A stretch of DNA of 64,000 nucleotides from Octopus vulgaris (GCA_951406725.2 OX597827.1:17050001-17114000), one strand, 5' to 3'. Numbered from the stretch's first letter, positions 40,068 to 53,949 are shown. Notes: generated from the sequence alone by a model not told the origin. A program made the numbers and translations.

Positions 40068-40586
40068 ACGAAGAGGTCATTCTTGATCGTCGTAACCCAA
40101 GTCTTCAGCTGCCCGCCCGCGCGTTTCCACCAGTTGGGAAGTGGAGTCCCGTATTAGCTAATTTTAATCCATTATTGGATAACATTGTTTTTTAACTTTT
40201 ACTAAACTTCTCAGACAACATACTGCTGTATTTGAGGATCGACCCTCATTATAGCACAAGAGTGTTCACCATCTCGTAGCTGTTCAATAATATTCACTAT
40301 AAGCTACGTTGCTTAGTAGTCGTTTAGTAGCAGCTATAGGTCATATCATGTCATACGAACTGATACCGATGAAAAGAGACGGAGTTTATGCGTCAACCAA
40401 AGTCAATCAGCTTCTGAAAATCTTGTGGCTGCCGCACTACTATGGACTAAACCATCTGAACGATCAGACTTACTTTTACAAACTTAAAACTTTCAGCAGT
40501 TCAGATTTAAGTTCCAAACATCTAAAACAAATATTTTATCTTCACGCCATGTGTTGAATGCTATTTTCGTTTATTTGTACACCTAC

Positions 40587-40643
<57 letters not shown>

Positions 40644-40879
40644 ACATACACACACACACATACACACATACACACACACACAGACAAACACAAATAGACA
40701 CACACACACACAAATACACACACACACACAAATACACACACACACAAACGTATACATACACATAGATTCACACGCACACATATGTACACACACACAAACA
40801 CACACACATACACCGACACACACATTCACACAGACAAACACAAATATGTGTGTGCATGAGCGTATGCATCTATGCGCTC

Positions 40880-40940
<61 letters not shown>

Positions 40941-41260
40941 TGTGTATGCACGTATGCAGGGTCTGCTGGCATTTTAATTAAAATGGCGTCCGTTGAAAAC
41001 ACGTAGTTTTTAGAAGTGATGCAACTCCCATCGGAAATTCAGTTGGCTTGCTTTTAATGGGAGAGAGAAACAACAACAGCAACAACAGCAACAGCAACAA
41101 CAACACCACTACCACCACCACCACCACCAGCACCACCACCACCACCAACAACAACAGAAAAATTTCTTTCGGCAATAGAATTGCATAGCGACAGTGGTGA
41201 TAACAAACACTACAGCCCCGACAACAATAACAACCACAGCAAAAACAACAACCACAACTG

Positions 41261-41337
<77 letters not shown>

Positions 41338-41529
41338 GCAATGGCGGTACATGCAATTATGTAACGATAGAAACAAAAAGACTGAACACGTCTCCCAATT
41401 CTGTGGAACATAATGGACAAATTTTGGCGTTTCATGCTGAGACTGTTTTAATTAACGGGAGGAAATAGTCGTTAAATGTATTGTGAAGAAACTTTACTTG
41501 ACTACATACATACATACATATACGCACAA

Positions 41530-41564
<35 letters not shown>

Positions 41565-41640
41565 CACACACATATATATATATACTTACACACATACATA
41601 CATATGTACGTATACAAATATTGCGAAATTGTATGAGTGT

Positions 41641-41683
<43 letters not shown>

Positions 41684-41907
41684 CGTAGAGCAGTGTAAGA
41701 TTTGTATATCTATGTATACACCCCTTCTTCTCACTCATATGTATATAACTCTTCTATATGTATATTTGCTTTTACAAAGGGGACAGATGAGAATACGCAA
41801 TGTATTGTTTAGCGTACGTTATATTACTTTAGAAGTTAAATATGTTTGTGTGTATGTGTGTGTGTGTATGTCTGTGTCTGCCTCTGTGTTTGGATATGTA
41901 ATGTATG

Positions 41908-41992
<85 letters not shown>

Positions 41993-42191
41993 CAAAGGGC
42001 ATACTAAGAATGTCTACCTGCTTGAAGTAACAGTCAAAACTCTTATTAAATCGGCAAAAATACACTGATGAAAACTACAGAAATCAAGCGAAGGCAAAAT
42101 CAAGTTAAGATAATCTATTAACATACATTTAAGTATTTGGACTCATGCGGACCGGTTTCTGCATTGATAAAATAAAACCTTATATATATAT

Positions 42192-42520
42192 AAACAATTG
42201 CAGCGTGGAAGGTGTTTGCAAGCCATTTAAGAAACACACAAAAGCCGTTCGATTCACTTCAACATTTAAGTTTAATTTGTCAAAATATTTTCGTCGCTAA
42301 AATCCGCGACCTGTTCACTGACAAGAATCCGTGCTGTCAGTGAACAGGTCGCGGATTTTAGCGACGAAAATATTTTGACAAATTAAACTTAAATGTTGAA
42401 GTGAATCGAACGGCTTTTGTGTGTTTCTTAAATGGCTTACAAACACCTTCCACGCTGCAATTGTTTTCGTTCCAGCACACGATCTCAGATCAAATCACTT
42501 GCTATGCGAGTACATCTCCT
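42192..42520. mobile_element. Palindromic Penelope-type element with two inverted GUGAACA hammerhead folds
   Basis: Near-perfect inverted arms around ~42330, flanked by (TA)n on both sides. Confidence 0.8.
42335..42380 (+). ncRNA. Putative minimal type I hammerhead ribozyme with a G3:C8-swapped core (mirror copy 42277-42324 on -)
   Basis: tgtca-GTGAACA-g-gtcgc(ggatttta)gcgac-GAAA-atat-TT-tgaca: stem I, core, stem II, GAAA, palindromic loop III and UH all in hammerhead register. Confidence 0.65.
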
Positions 42521-42526
42521 TATATG

Positions 42527-42585
<59 letters not shown>

Positions 42586-42714
42586 GGTCCCGGGTTGAGT
42601 CGGGGTTAACCACAGTAAATAAGGTACTCAATACATAGCAGAGTAAATTAATTTATTTTATAGAAGGAGCTTCTACAGGACTAGAACTGTTTCATTCAAA
42701 AGAAATCATCAGGA

Positions 42715-42765
42715 AGCTTCCTGATGATTTCTTTTGAATGAAACAGTTCTAGTCCTGTAGAAGCT
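42715..42765 (+). ncRNA. Type I hammerhead ribozyme with canonical core (mirror copy 42668-42718 on -)
   Basis: agcttc-CTGATGA-tttcttttgaat-GAAA-cag(ttctagtc)ctg-TA-gaagct inside a perfect palindrome at 42651-42782. Confidence 0.75.
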
Positions 42766-43187
42766 CCTTCTATAAAATAAATATATATATATTTATATAT
42801 TTATATATATACATATATATACATATATATATAAAGGTTATTAACAATGCTACAGAAGTTACTCGTGAGTTTCGTATTTCGTGCATAAAATTTTATAGAT
42901 TCGTAGAAGTTTTATACATAGAGTTGATTTGGAATATTTTGCGTGGTCGATGGGTGGAATTGTGTAGTTTATGCGACAAGCATACTTAGTTCTGCTAAAT
43001 TCTATGCCATTAAATGTATGCATGTACACCTAAATGCTTAACTCTCAGGCGTCGCTGTGCAGGAAGAAGTTCGCTTTCAAACCACACGATTCTTTGTTCA
43101 GTCCCACTGTGTATCATCTTGGGGAGCTGTTCTTCATTACAGCCCATGGTTGGCCAAGGTCTTTCGAGCGGATTAGGTAGAAAGAAA

Positions 43188-43762
43188 GTGTGATGATCTT
43201 TGGGCATGTATCCAGTGAGGGTGGTGTCATGCCACGCCAAAGCTTTGAACAAAGCCTTAAGCTCAATTCAGACGGCCTTGTAAAACTGTTGGAGACTGTG
43301 GTGAATCCTTGGCTGGAAACAGTTGCTGCTGGAAGACCATATGTGCGGCTCATTACCATACATCCGAAACGAGTCGTGTGGTTGTCGGAGAATTTCTACG
43401 ACTTCACCAGCGCTAATTTATGGCCTGCTAATTCCACCGATCTTAATTCCATAGATTATTATGTGTGGAACACGGTTGAGAAAAAAACATCAGCTGTTCT
43501 ATCTGCATCACCAAGGCCGAGCAAATGGACAAAATCAAGGAGGTGTTTGAAGATCTTCCCGAGGATGCAGTGGTGAACGTATGCGTCAGATTTTGTAGCC
43601 GTCTTTAAACTTTAGAGGAAGCTGAGGTTGCTTACTTTGAATAAAATGTTATTTCCCAGCAATTACCTAGGTGATATTTTGGTCTTTTAAAACACTTTTG
43701 TTTCTGGTTAAGATATTGTATTTCCTTTTCCTCTTATGCAAACTGTCAAATTTAGCCCGAAC
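43188..43762 (+). pseudogene. Tc1/mariner-superfamily transposase C-terminal relic
   Basis: MIFGHVSSEG.VMP...LLETVVNPWLE...WPANSTDLNSIDYYVW (WPxxSPDLNPxD motif). Internally deleted. Confidence 0.8.
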
Positions 43763-43851
43763 ACGTGAATGCCTTCATTCATATATATGTGAATATTTAC
43801 ACGCACACACATATACGTGCGTATACGCATTCGGATACTCATATAGATATA

Positions 43852-44245
43852 TCTCTCTATATATAAACAGCAGTTTGTCTGTCTGTGTGTCTGTGTGTCT
43901 GTCAGGTTGTACCCTCACCCTGACCACGGCTTTCAACCGATTCTGATGAAACTTGACACACACATAGCCCAATGTCATAATTCAAAACTAAGGCAGCGAA
44001 AATTTTGAAAAGTTCCCCCAGTTCTGAAAAAAATCGATAAATTCGACATGGTGTCGAGAATCTAAGCTTTTTATATGCAACACATTTTCTAGGAACATCG
44101 TATACATAGAAGTGTTCGAATGAAGAGAAGACATTGCAACCTACACATGCGCCTTCGTTCCCTAGAGGGAAAGAACTAGATTGGGATTAGTCGTTGCCTA
44201 CTAGGGGCTCTTACATACCCGGGCAACGCCGGGCTATGCTGCTAG
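43852..44245 (+). mobile_element. Non-autonomous Helitron (family H2)
   Basis: a|TCtctctatatataaac ... cccgggcaacgccggg ... gCTAG|t. Confidence 0.8.
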
Positions 44246-46024
44246 TATATATATATACATGAATATGCGCACATACTCATATTTCTTTTTTGTGTGCCTA
44301 CACCCATATTTACTCCTAGGCGTGCATGCATGTACGTACATGCACTCATCGATTCACGAGCATGTGCATGTATGTTCATGCGTAGATGTACACGTGTCTC
44401 TTTAAAAATACGCCATATGACAAACGTTTGAGATGAAATAAAAACAGCTAGAAATAAAATAAGCGTGGAGAAGAAAAACGATAGGAATACAATACAAAAA
44501 AAAATGGATCATAAATGTTACAAGGAACAGATAAATGAGAATAAAGCAAAAGAATCAGGAATACCAAAAAAAGAGAAAAAGAGGAAGTTGCGTGAGTAAC
44601 TGAGACACTGAGAAGGTAAAGAAGAGAGATGGAGAAAGATAAATTCATGTGTATATTTTCAGAGGCTGATGGAATAGGAAACATTATGAGTGTGGGTAAG
44701 TGGCGGAGAGGAAGCAGCAGGAGAAGACTATAAGAATGATGATCCAAGCACGCCCTCACTATATTTTAAGGGAAGGGAGATTCATAAATATTGAGAGTTA
44801 TTTAATGAATTTAGTATCCATAGTTGAGTAGTAGATCACATTATATCATTATCATGGCTCAACACCGTGAACAGAGCGCTCTCTTATTATAACATAAAGT
44901 GATATGAAAAGATGTATTAAGAAATAGCGTTATTGGTTGGGTCTATCTACTACATATGAGGGGAATTCTGTCTGTAGGTGAGTTTGTGGAGTTGTTAGCT
45001 AACTCCTCCTACATCGTTTCATCGATTTTGATGAAACTTCACACGTGAGTAGAACTCATGTCCGGAAACCTCATGGCATACTTAGATTGTTGAAAAAACA
45101 TCGTTAACAAGGCCCCTGAAAGGGATCCTTATATTTATGTAATATATTTTATTTTAAAAACCAAGAGAAATAACCCAGGGAAACTTTTATATATAGCCAA
45201 GGGAAATAACCCATTCATTTTCCTAAGCTATTTGGTAAAAAAAAGGAAACTGAGTATGCATATTTCTTAGTATTTTGAACTATTTGAGTTATTTTCGCAA
45301 TTTATCCAATACAACCCTTAAACAAGTAAATAGTATTTTCCTAAACAATAGATCCACTTATTTCGGTTAGTGACTTATTCACGAAGATACCAACACTAGC
45401 GTCTCTGAGGGTAATATTCTCTGAGAACGCACAAAAGCCCTTTTTATAGTTATTTAGTTTTAATTGTTATTATCTCATATCTGATTAGCTTGTTATTACG
45501 TAACAAGTTCCACGATTTTAGTATACGTACCTTATTACTATTTCCTCCTATGTTCTATATACTCTGGGAACATATTAAAGCCCTTTTCGGGGGATAATTA
45601 ATTTCATGTTATTGAATAACTGACTTTACAATTTGTGTATTCATAACTTATTGGGAATTTCCCAAAACAAGATCCTGTGTAAAACAGTTGGGCATTCTCT
45701 GCAAATGCTTAAAACTCGTTTTAAGGGCTGCGTACTTTGTATTGTGGCAATTGGATTAGCGAAAGATGAGAACGGAACCATGGAATTACCACTTTCCCGG
45801 GAATTACCGAGTACGTCAGTTAGTATACAAAATATACATGCACAAGGTTTGAGCGGCTATGGGAGTTTCTTTTTATATGTTTACTATCCGTATGGGTGTA
45901 TACGCTTGTTTCTTCACAGAATTTTCATGAACCCGAGTGAAGGGAAAGCTTTGTAAAACAATAGTTTCGTTTACCTGGCGTTAAAACAGAACAGCCCAAG
46001 CCGCACATATAAAGAAGAATATTA

Positions 46025-46650
46025 TATCTTTTATCTTTTATTTGTTTCAATTGTCGGATTGCGGCCATGCTGGTGCACCAACCTGAAGAGTTTATTCGAA
46101 TAAATCGACCCTAGTACTAATATGCCTGGTACTTATTCTGTTGGCCATTCTTAACAAACTGCTAAGTTACGGAGACGTCACCAGACCAACACCGGTTTTC
46201 AAGCGTAGGATAGGGAAACATAAACACAAAGACATGCAGAGAGAGAGAAAGAAAGAGAGATAGATAGAGAGAGACAGAAAGAAAGTGAGAAAAATAGAAA
46301 GAGAGAAATAGAAAAAGAGAGATAGAAAGAGAGAGACAGACAGAAAGACAGAGAGAGACAGAAAGACAGAGAGAGTGAGCAGGCACACGCACACAGACAC
46401 ACACACACACGTATATTATATATACATACATAGAGAAAAAGCGTGAGAGACGGGGAGACAGACAGACATAGAGAGAGAGAGACAGAGAGAGGGGGTTCTC
46501 ATTCATTTTTTGTTTACTAAATTCACTTACACAGCATTGATCGGCCCTACGCTATAACAGGTACCGCGCATTGGGACTTAAACCCAAACAGTGTTAAGTT
46601 GCAAACCAGACATAAAGCGGGATAGTTACCACACAGTCGTGCTAGCACCT
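46025..46650 (-). mobile_element. Degenerate group B SINE with an expanded (GA)n insert
   Basis: gcggccatgctgg..., gctaagttacggagacgt, ttaccacacag motifs. Confidence 0.6.
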
Positions 46651-47092
46651 ATATACAATAAATCTCTCTCTTTCTCACATTTGATAATGTGGCAAATATC
46701 AGGATCGGATATACCATTTTTATATCCTAAATCAATTTTGCGTCTATATTTTCGCATGTATGTAAAAATCACACAGCCATTGTAATTCTGGTTCAATCAT
46801 CGAACACACGCTTTACAACAAAAACAAATGTATATTGAGATGTTGTATTTTGAGAATTCTGCATCCTCATTGAGAACGAAGACTTCTTAACCGACATTGA
46901 TGCTATTTGTAGCGTGACGCAAAGCAAACTGGGAACCTATCAAAGCTGAAGGCGGACAAAGATTCCTGTCGCGTAGGCGCGTCGTGAAACGCATTTCAGG
47001 GGCTGCTACGGGAAGAAGAGTGCCCAGAAATAACAGTGTATACATACATACATACATACATACATACAATACATACATAGATACACACATAC

Positions 47093-47123
<31 letters not shown>

Positions 47124-47230
47124 CATACACATATATATGTATACATACAAACATATATATATATATATATATATACACATATCCCTTATGCATACATATT
47201 CATACACATACATATATATATATGTATGTG

Positions 47231-47297
<67 letters not shown>

Positions 47298-47871
47298 TAA
47301 ATGAAAGAATGGAGTCGAACGAAGATGTTAACAAAATTCCTTTACTCTCGACACATGTTTCGAAGACAGCGTATTTTCATTCCGAACATAGGATAATTCA
47401 TTCACCTACTTATATATACATATATATAGAAGTGTTTACACAAATAAAAATCGAAGTTGCTAATGGATATCATAAATTGAAATATATTAAATGATATAGT
47501 CCATTAGTGATAATACATTATGACTCACATGAATAAAAACCGGAGCCCTTACTAGAAAATTAATGACATATATACATTGTTGTTTGCTTCCTGCAGAGTT
47601 TCCAGTATTGCATCATGGGTTTGAATGAGGACCAAGGATTATAACACATTTTGTACATAAAAAATCTGCACCCACACCTTTGAATTTAGCCGCTAGATAG
47701 TAAATATGCATTAGGAGCTTGTAGGCTCTATCTTCACTTGCTAAAATTATCGCTCAAACTCCTTCAAACTACTATCTTTTACTTTTAAAAAATGAAAGAC
47801 AGAATGATAGTAGATGTTATACGTTTGATTATAGATCCTATGGATCAGTGCTAAACTGTGGTGGTGACCAC

Positions 47872-48199
47872 CTTCGGTCAGACACTGACCATGGGTTGCA
47901 CCTAGAGAGTTACCCTCTGAGGCACATGTCTGGGCAAGGTTGTTTTATGGAAGACCAGCAGTCGCCCATGCATACCGGCCTCCCCTCTCCACGTCACCGA
48001 TGTTGTCCAAGGGAAACGCAAGGGCCGATACAGCTTGGCACCTGTGACGTAGCAACTCATTTCTACAGCTGAGTGTACTGGAGCAACGTGAAATAAAGTG
48101 TCTTGCTCAAGAACACAACACGCAGCCCGGTCCGGGATTCGAGCTCACAACCTCACGATCGTAAGCTCGACGCTCTAACCATTGAGCCACGCGCCTTCA
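47872..48199 (-). mobile_element. tRNA-derived SINE (related to 38463-38800)
   Basis: Minus-strand head gaaggcgcgtggctcaatggttagagcgtcgagcttacgatcg. Confidence 0.8.
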
Positions 48200-49107
48200 C
48201 TGTAGTTAAACATAAACGAGCTCTTGTAGTGTAGTAGACAGAGTTTTAGAAATGTATGCTTAGTAAACACACATTATGCTGCCACTATGATTGTATAAAG
48301 ACTTTAATGTACGCACACACGCGCAGAAACTCTCGTTTTAACGCCAAAGAAATAATAGCAATGCATACAAGGAAACGAAACAATTCAACGACAAAATATT
48401 ATAATTCCGGCTAAGAATATCTTACATAAAACAGGAAATCGGAAAATAGAAAACTATTATAAAATATTATGCGAAATAGGAGAGACGATACTTCGCAACA
48501 GAAGTATAGACTTAGAATCATATATGTCCACCACAAAAGTAAGTAATGGATACTTTGAAAAATGACCTCCTTAATTTAATCAGGAAAATAGAATTCTGAA
48601 ACAGAACTATAACTTTCTCGTTAAGCTAAATTCTAATACAAATGCTATAAAATCTCAATGGAATTACCTATCATTCTTCAATAAGCACAGAACTTCTTCC
48701 AGTAGCCATCAAATTTCGTCAAATAATTTAGATCTGTCGCAGTGAATAAATTACGCACAGCAATACTCGTCACGAGATGTTTCGCGTTCCGGTGAAGAAG
48801 CGTGCTGGGTAAAGTAATTTAGAGAAGACAACGTTATCGTTAATATGGACAGGTTGAGCTGAAGCAAAATGTGTACATTGACAATATGCAATGTGATGAA
48901 TGCTCATTGGAACTCGTAGGTATAACATTTTCGTACGTGAATAATTGAAGGCGCTTGGAACAGTTTCCGGAATGATGATACTTCAATCTCCGGCGGTGAC
49001 TCAAACGTTTGTATGTGGGTTGCTCATATACGTATAATATATGCATGTACACATCTGTGTACGTACACACACACACAGAGGCACCCACACACACACATGT
49101 ATATATA

Positions 49108-49148
<41 letters not shown>

Positions 49149-49380
49149 ATATTGGATGAAGTTTTTTTACAGAAGAAAATTTCATAAAAAAAGTGACAGC
49201 ATATTAAAATACCTTTAAAGGTTAAAATTATAAACCAGGACAAAAGAAAATTATTTCTATGGCAATATGCTGATAACAGAGTTTTAAATCGTCAAGTTCC
49301 ACATATCATAATACCCACCACAGAAATGCGTTGTGCTGAAATTGAGGAAAGCTAGCCAACAGAATTATATATATATATAT

Positions 49381-50145
49381 ATGAATAAAAAATGGAGTTA
49401 ACGCAGGTTTAAACAAGTATTTTTACTTTCTACATATGTTTCGAAAATTCCACTGATACTATTCAAAAGAATAAAAGGTATAAACAATGCAATCTTCTCT
49501 TCGGGAAAGTGAAAAAACGAAACTCGTCAATACGACATTTTAGCAAAAAATGATGGATTCGTATAGCGATAGACAGAACGCTATTAATATTGTTTAAAAA
49601 AACCTTATATGATATAATGTCATAAGTAGCTAACAGAAAGAGTAGGGATATTAATAGTGAATGTTAAATATAAAGGAAATTAAAGTTTAAACTATATATA
49701 ATGATAGAGACTACTTATATGCACTAAAAGTATGTTTCTGCCAATGCTTACATCTGTATGCTCGTTCTATAACCGTGTTTACTAGAGTATTTTTAGAAAA
49801 AATAATGAAAAATAGCTAAACGAATCCATCATTTTTTGCTAAAATGTCGTATTGACGAGTTTCGTTTTTTCACTTTCCCGAAGAGAAGATTGCATTGTTT
49901 ATACCTTTTATTCTTTTGAATAGTATCAGTGGAATTTTCGAAACATATGTAGAAAGTAAAAATACTTGTTTAAACCTGCGTTAACTCCATTTTTTATTCA
50001 TATTATTCAAAATATTCAACGTACACACGAAGTTTCAACCTTTATAAACAAGGAGTTACAACATCTTTACTTGTGAGATTTTTGCTGCCCTGGTAACTAT
50101 TTATTTATTTTTCCGTGTTAATTGTTAACAAGGTAAAATGCACTC

Positions 50146-50150
<5 letters not shown>
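49381..50150. mobile_element. Penelope-type element with ~180-bp perfect inverted repeats (49381-49562 / 49820-50002), bounded by (TA)n
   Basis: The arms are exact reverse complements around a ~260-bp spacer. Each contains a hammerhead fold. Confidence 0.8.
49872..49957 (+). ncRNA. Putative type I hammerhead with CCGAAGA core and extended stem II (mirror copy 49425-49510 on -)
   Basis: actttc-CCGAAGA-gaagattgcattg...cagtggaattttc-GAAA-catatg-TA-gaaagt. Confidence 0.7.
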
Positions 50151-50214
<64 letters not shown>

Positions 50215-50216
<2 letters not shown>

Positions 50217-50386
50217 GAGAAGTCACAAAAAAAAGACGAGAGAAAGGTGGTGTAGAAAACAAACAGATGTATTAGTATGATGCTCGGGAATTGTAAAGGT
50301 CTTTAATGTTTCGAGTCTACGCTCTTCTACAGAAAGGGACACAGAAAGAAAAAATGTGTGTAGTGGCTAGCGATCTATTATGGCGA

Positions 50387-50390
<4 letters not shown>
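50215..50390 (-). mobile_element. CUGUAGA-family hammerhead-bearing element
   Basis: Reverse complement cttt-CTGTAGA-agagcgtagactc-GAAA-ca-TT-aaag. Lies between (TA)n tracts. Confidence 0.65.
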
Positions 50391-50426
<36 letters not shown>

Positions 50427-50427
50427 T

Positions 50428-50498
<71 letters not shown>

Positions 50499-50925
50499 AA
50501 TATATGTGTATATATATATACATATATACATGTGTGTGTATATGTGTGTGAGTGTGTGTGTATCTGTGCGAGTGCGTGTGTGTGTGCGATATGTGAAAGA
50601 ATAATTATTTAGTCGGGGTTCACGGTATCCTGTGTCACATATTCATATATGTATGTGTGAGTCTGTACATGCATGTATTTTGTCTATGTCCTTCAGAAGC
50701 ACATGTCTGTGTGTGTGTGTGTACGTGTAAGTGACCGTATAAATGAACCTGACAAGGGAAAGGCAAAGGCCGATACAGCTTGGCACCAGTGACGTCGCAA
50801 CTCATTTCTACAGCTGAGTAAACTGGGGCAACGTGAAATAAAGTGTCTTGCTCAAGAACACAACACACAGCCCAGTCCGGGATTCGAACTCACAACCTCT
50901 CACACACACACACACACACACGCAC

Positions 50926-50996
<71 letters not shown>

Positions 50997-51299
50997 ATTG
51001 AATTAGGCAGCTATTTAGCAATGTATCACCAACAACGTAGACTATAATAGAGGATGCTAAAACACCTAAATTGCTAGAAATAAGAACAAAACTACTCTGA
51101 TGCTGCAGTCAACGCACACAATTATATACATACATATCAACAGCGACCGGTGTATATTTTCAGGTGTCTTCGTATAATTCACCGAGCATTACTGTAGTGT
51201 GTGTAGTCAATTGCTGTTTTCGTTAGTATGCCTCTGTGTACGTATGTGTGTGTCTATGTGTGTGTTTATGTGTGTGTCTGTGTGTGCGCGCGCGCATGA

Positions 51300-52705
51300 G
51301 TATCCCTTGGTTTCTCTCTGCATCCAATAAATTCTGCTTTGCCAAACAGTTATATATTTCATCTGCTACCAGCACATTTAATAGCATTAAGGGTAATGGT
51401 AAATATGTAATAGATCTATAATTGCTTTTCTTTTGTCCTTCCGTATTATCAGTTTCTGTACTTCCTCTGGTCGTCCATGTTGGCTTTCCAGCTTCTATGC
51501 AATCAGTAAGAAACAGACGTGTATCGCTGTGTATACTCAGACATTTTAGTTTAGAATTCTTGAAAACCATCCGGTCAGAGGGGCTTCCAGTTCTGTATTT
51601 TCTCGATCATCTCTCACTGCCTTATCCATAATTGTCATATATGTTACTCTTTTACTCTTTTACTTGTTTCAGTCATTTGACTGCGGCCATGCTGGAGCAC
51701 CGCCTTTAGTCAAGCAAATCGACCCCGGGACTTATTCTTTGTAGCCCCAGTACTTATTCTATCGGTCTCTTTTGCCGTACCGCTAAGTGACGGGGACATA
51801 AGCACACCAGCATCGGTTGTCAAGCAATGCTAGGGGGACAAACACAGACACACACACACACACACGCATATATATATATATACATATATACGACAGGCTT
51901 CTTTCAGTTTCCGTCTACCAAACCCGCTCACAAGGCATTGGTCGGCCCGGGGCTATAGCAGAAGACACTTGCCCAAGATGCCACGCAGTGGGACTGAACC
52001 CGGAACCATGTGGTTGGTTAGCAAGCTACTTACCACACAGCCACTCCTGCGCCTCACTCCATTTTCCATTTCCCTTTATATTCTAGTAACCAGACCCTTT
52101 TTTATATTATGATAGACTTCTTTGCTCCAGATTTCCGCCCAGAATTATATTTTCTATTTGAGCATCTGCCATATCAATCCCATGATGCTCCTCTCCATTG
52201 TTCACTTGTCTGTAGAAATTTCTTGAAAAGGCTGTTCTCTGTTGGCATCTGCCATATTTTACGTAATACTGCATTAATTATTAATGTTTTCTTAAATCTC
52301 AACTCTTTTTCAATTACCTACAGTCCTTTTGTGTCTGATATACTTTATTTGTAGTTTGTTTCTGAGCTTTCCTCGTCCCTACTCTCTTCATTTCTATGAT
52401 TGCGTGTATCCGTCCAAAATCTTTCCTGAACTGTTTGATGTGGTTCTCAAAACATTGCTCCCACCATGGCATTTTGCCCTTAGTTTCTCTTTGACATTTA
52501 GTCACCCAAAACTTGCACCTTGACAGAAGCTGCGCAGCATGTAAGGTCGATTAGGTTTGCTATGTTTTCAGTAAAGATTATTGTTAACATCTCGTCAAGC
52601 TCTTTCACTTCGTCATTTAGTATTCCGCTTCCCATTGTTCTCGGGACTCACAGCGTCTTTCTTTCACTATCTCGTATCTCGCTCAGATATTGTAGTAAGC
52701 TACTT
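51300..52705 (-). pseudogene. R4/Dong-like (RLE-type) non-LTR retrotransposon ORF relic, split by a SINE
   Basis: Fragments PWWEQCFENHIKQFRKDFGRI, WKPL*PDGFQEF, TWTTRGST..KKSNYRSITYLPL..LLNVLVADEIYNCL resemble the R4-clade N-terminal and RT domain 0-2 sequence. Confidence 0.6.
51645..52053 (-). mobile_element. Group B SINE (full length)
   Basis: Same as the other group B copies. Confidence 0.9.
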
Positions 52706-52707
52706 TT

Positions 52708-53202
52708 TTGCCTTTGCCTTTCATCCTTTCGGGGTATTTAAATTAAGTACCAGTTACCCACTGGGTCGATGTAATCGATTTAATCCGTTTGCCTGTCCTT
52801 GTTTGTCCCCTGTGTGTTTAGCTCCTCGTGGGTAGTAAAGAAATAGGTATTTCGCCTGTCGCTACAAGGGCAGCCATTTTGAGGGATGAGACGCTTAATC
52901 CTCGAAAATATGAAAGGCAAAGTCGACCTCGGCGGAATTTGAACTCAGAACGTAGCGGCAGACGAAATACCTATTTATTTATTACCCACAAGGGGCTAAA
53001 CACAGAGGGGACAAACAAGGACAGACATAGGTATTAAGTCGATTACATCGACCCCAGTGCGCAACTGGTACTTAATTTATCGAGCCCGAAAGGATGAAAG
53101 GCAAAGTCGACCTCGGCGGAATCTGAACTCACAACGTAACGCAGACGAAATACCACTAAGCATTTCGCCCGGCGTGCTAACGATTCTGCCAGCTTGCCGC
53201 CT
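52708..53202. mobile_element. Group C SINE cluster (+ then - partial dimer)
   Basis: Family-diagnostic motifs. Confidence 0.85.
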
Positions 53203-53792
53203 TGTGGTAACGATTCTACAAAAGCATAAAAATATATCGAATGAAAATCGATTAAGATTAAAATAAATTTCACCAACTACATACAATGAAATCGATTAAT
53301 GTTTGCTGAAGACGTTCCTGCTTATGATGCAAATTATTGTACATATATTGTTGCTAATAATGCTTCGAATTTTACTGCTGCAGCTGTTGATATTGTTGTT
53401 GTTGTTGTTGTTGTTGTTGCTGCATTTGCAGTTATTTCTCTTCTCTCTTCTATTTAAAAAGATCAAAGACAATTTTATTTTAGGTGAAAATGAAGTAAGT
53501 AAAGAGAAATTAATGACGCATTACTTTCCAGAACAATTATATTCCCATATCGGTTTTCATTATGGCAAAGAGGAAATAGAGATATGTTGACATGTACGTA
53601 GATTGATTGAACTGATAGATACAGAGATGCAATATGATGATAGATCGATAAATACATACATACATACATACATACATACATACATACATACATACATACA
53701 TACATACATACACACATATACATACACACATATACATATATAGATATAGATTGCTAGATATAAGTTTCTCACTATATGCATATCTATATCTA

Positions 53793-53855
<63 letters not shown>

Positions 53856-53949
53856 ATATATATATATATATATACTCTTTTACTCTTTTACTTGTTTCAG
53901 TCATTTGACTGCGGCCATGCTGGAGCACCGCCTATATATATATATATAT

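Noticed and set aside
44940-45955. Possible old Helitron-like or DNA element
   Set aside because: Only weak motif resemblance. Termini could not be confirmed.
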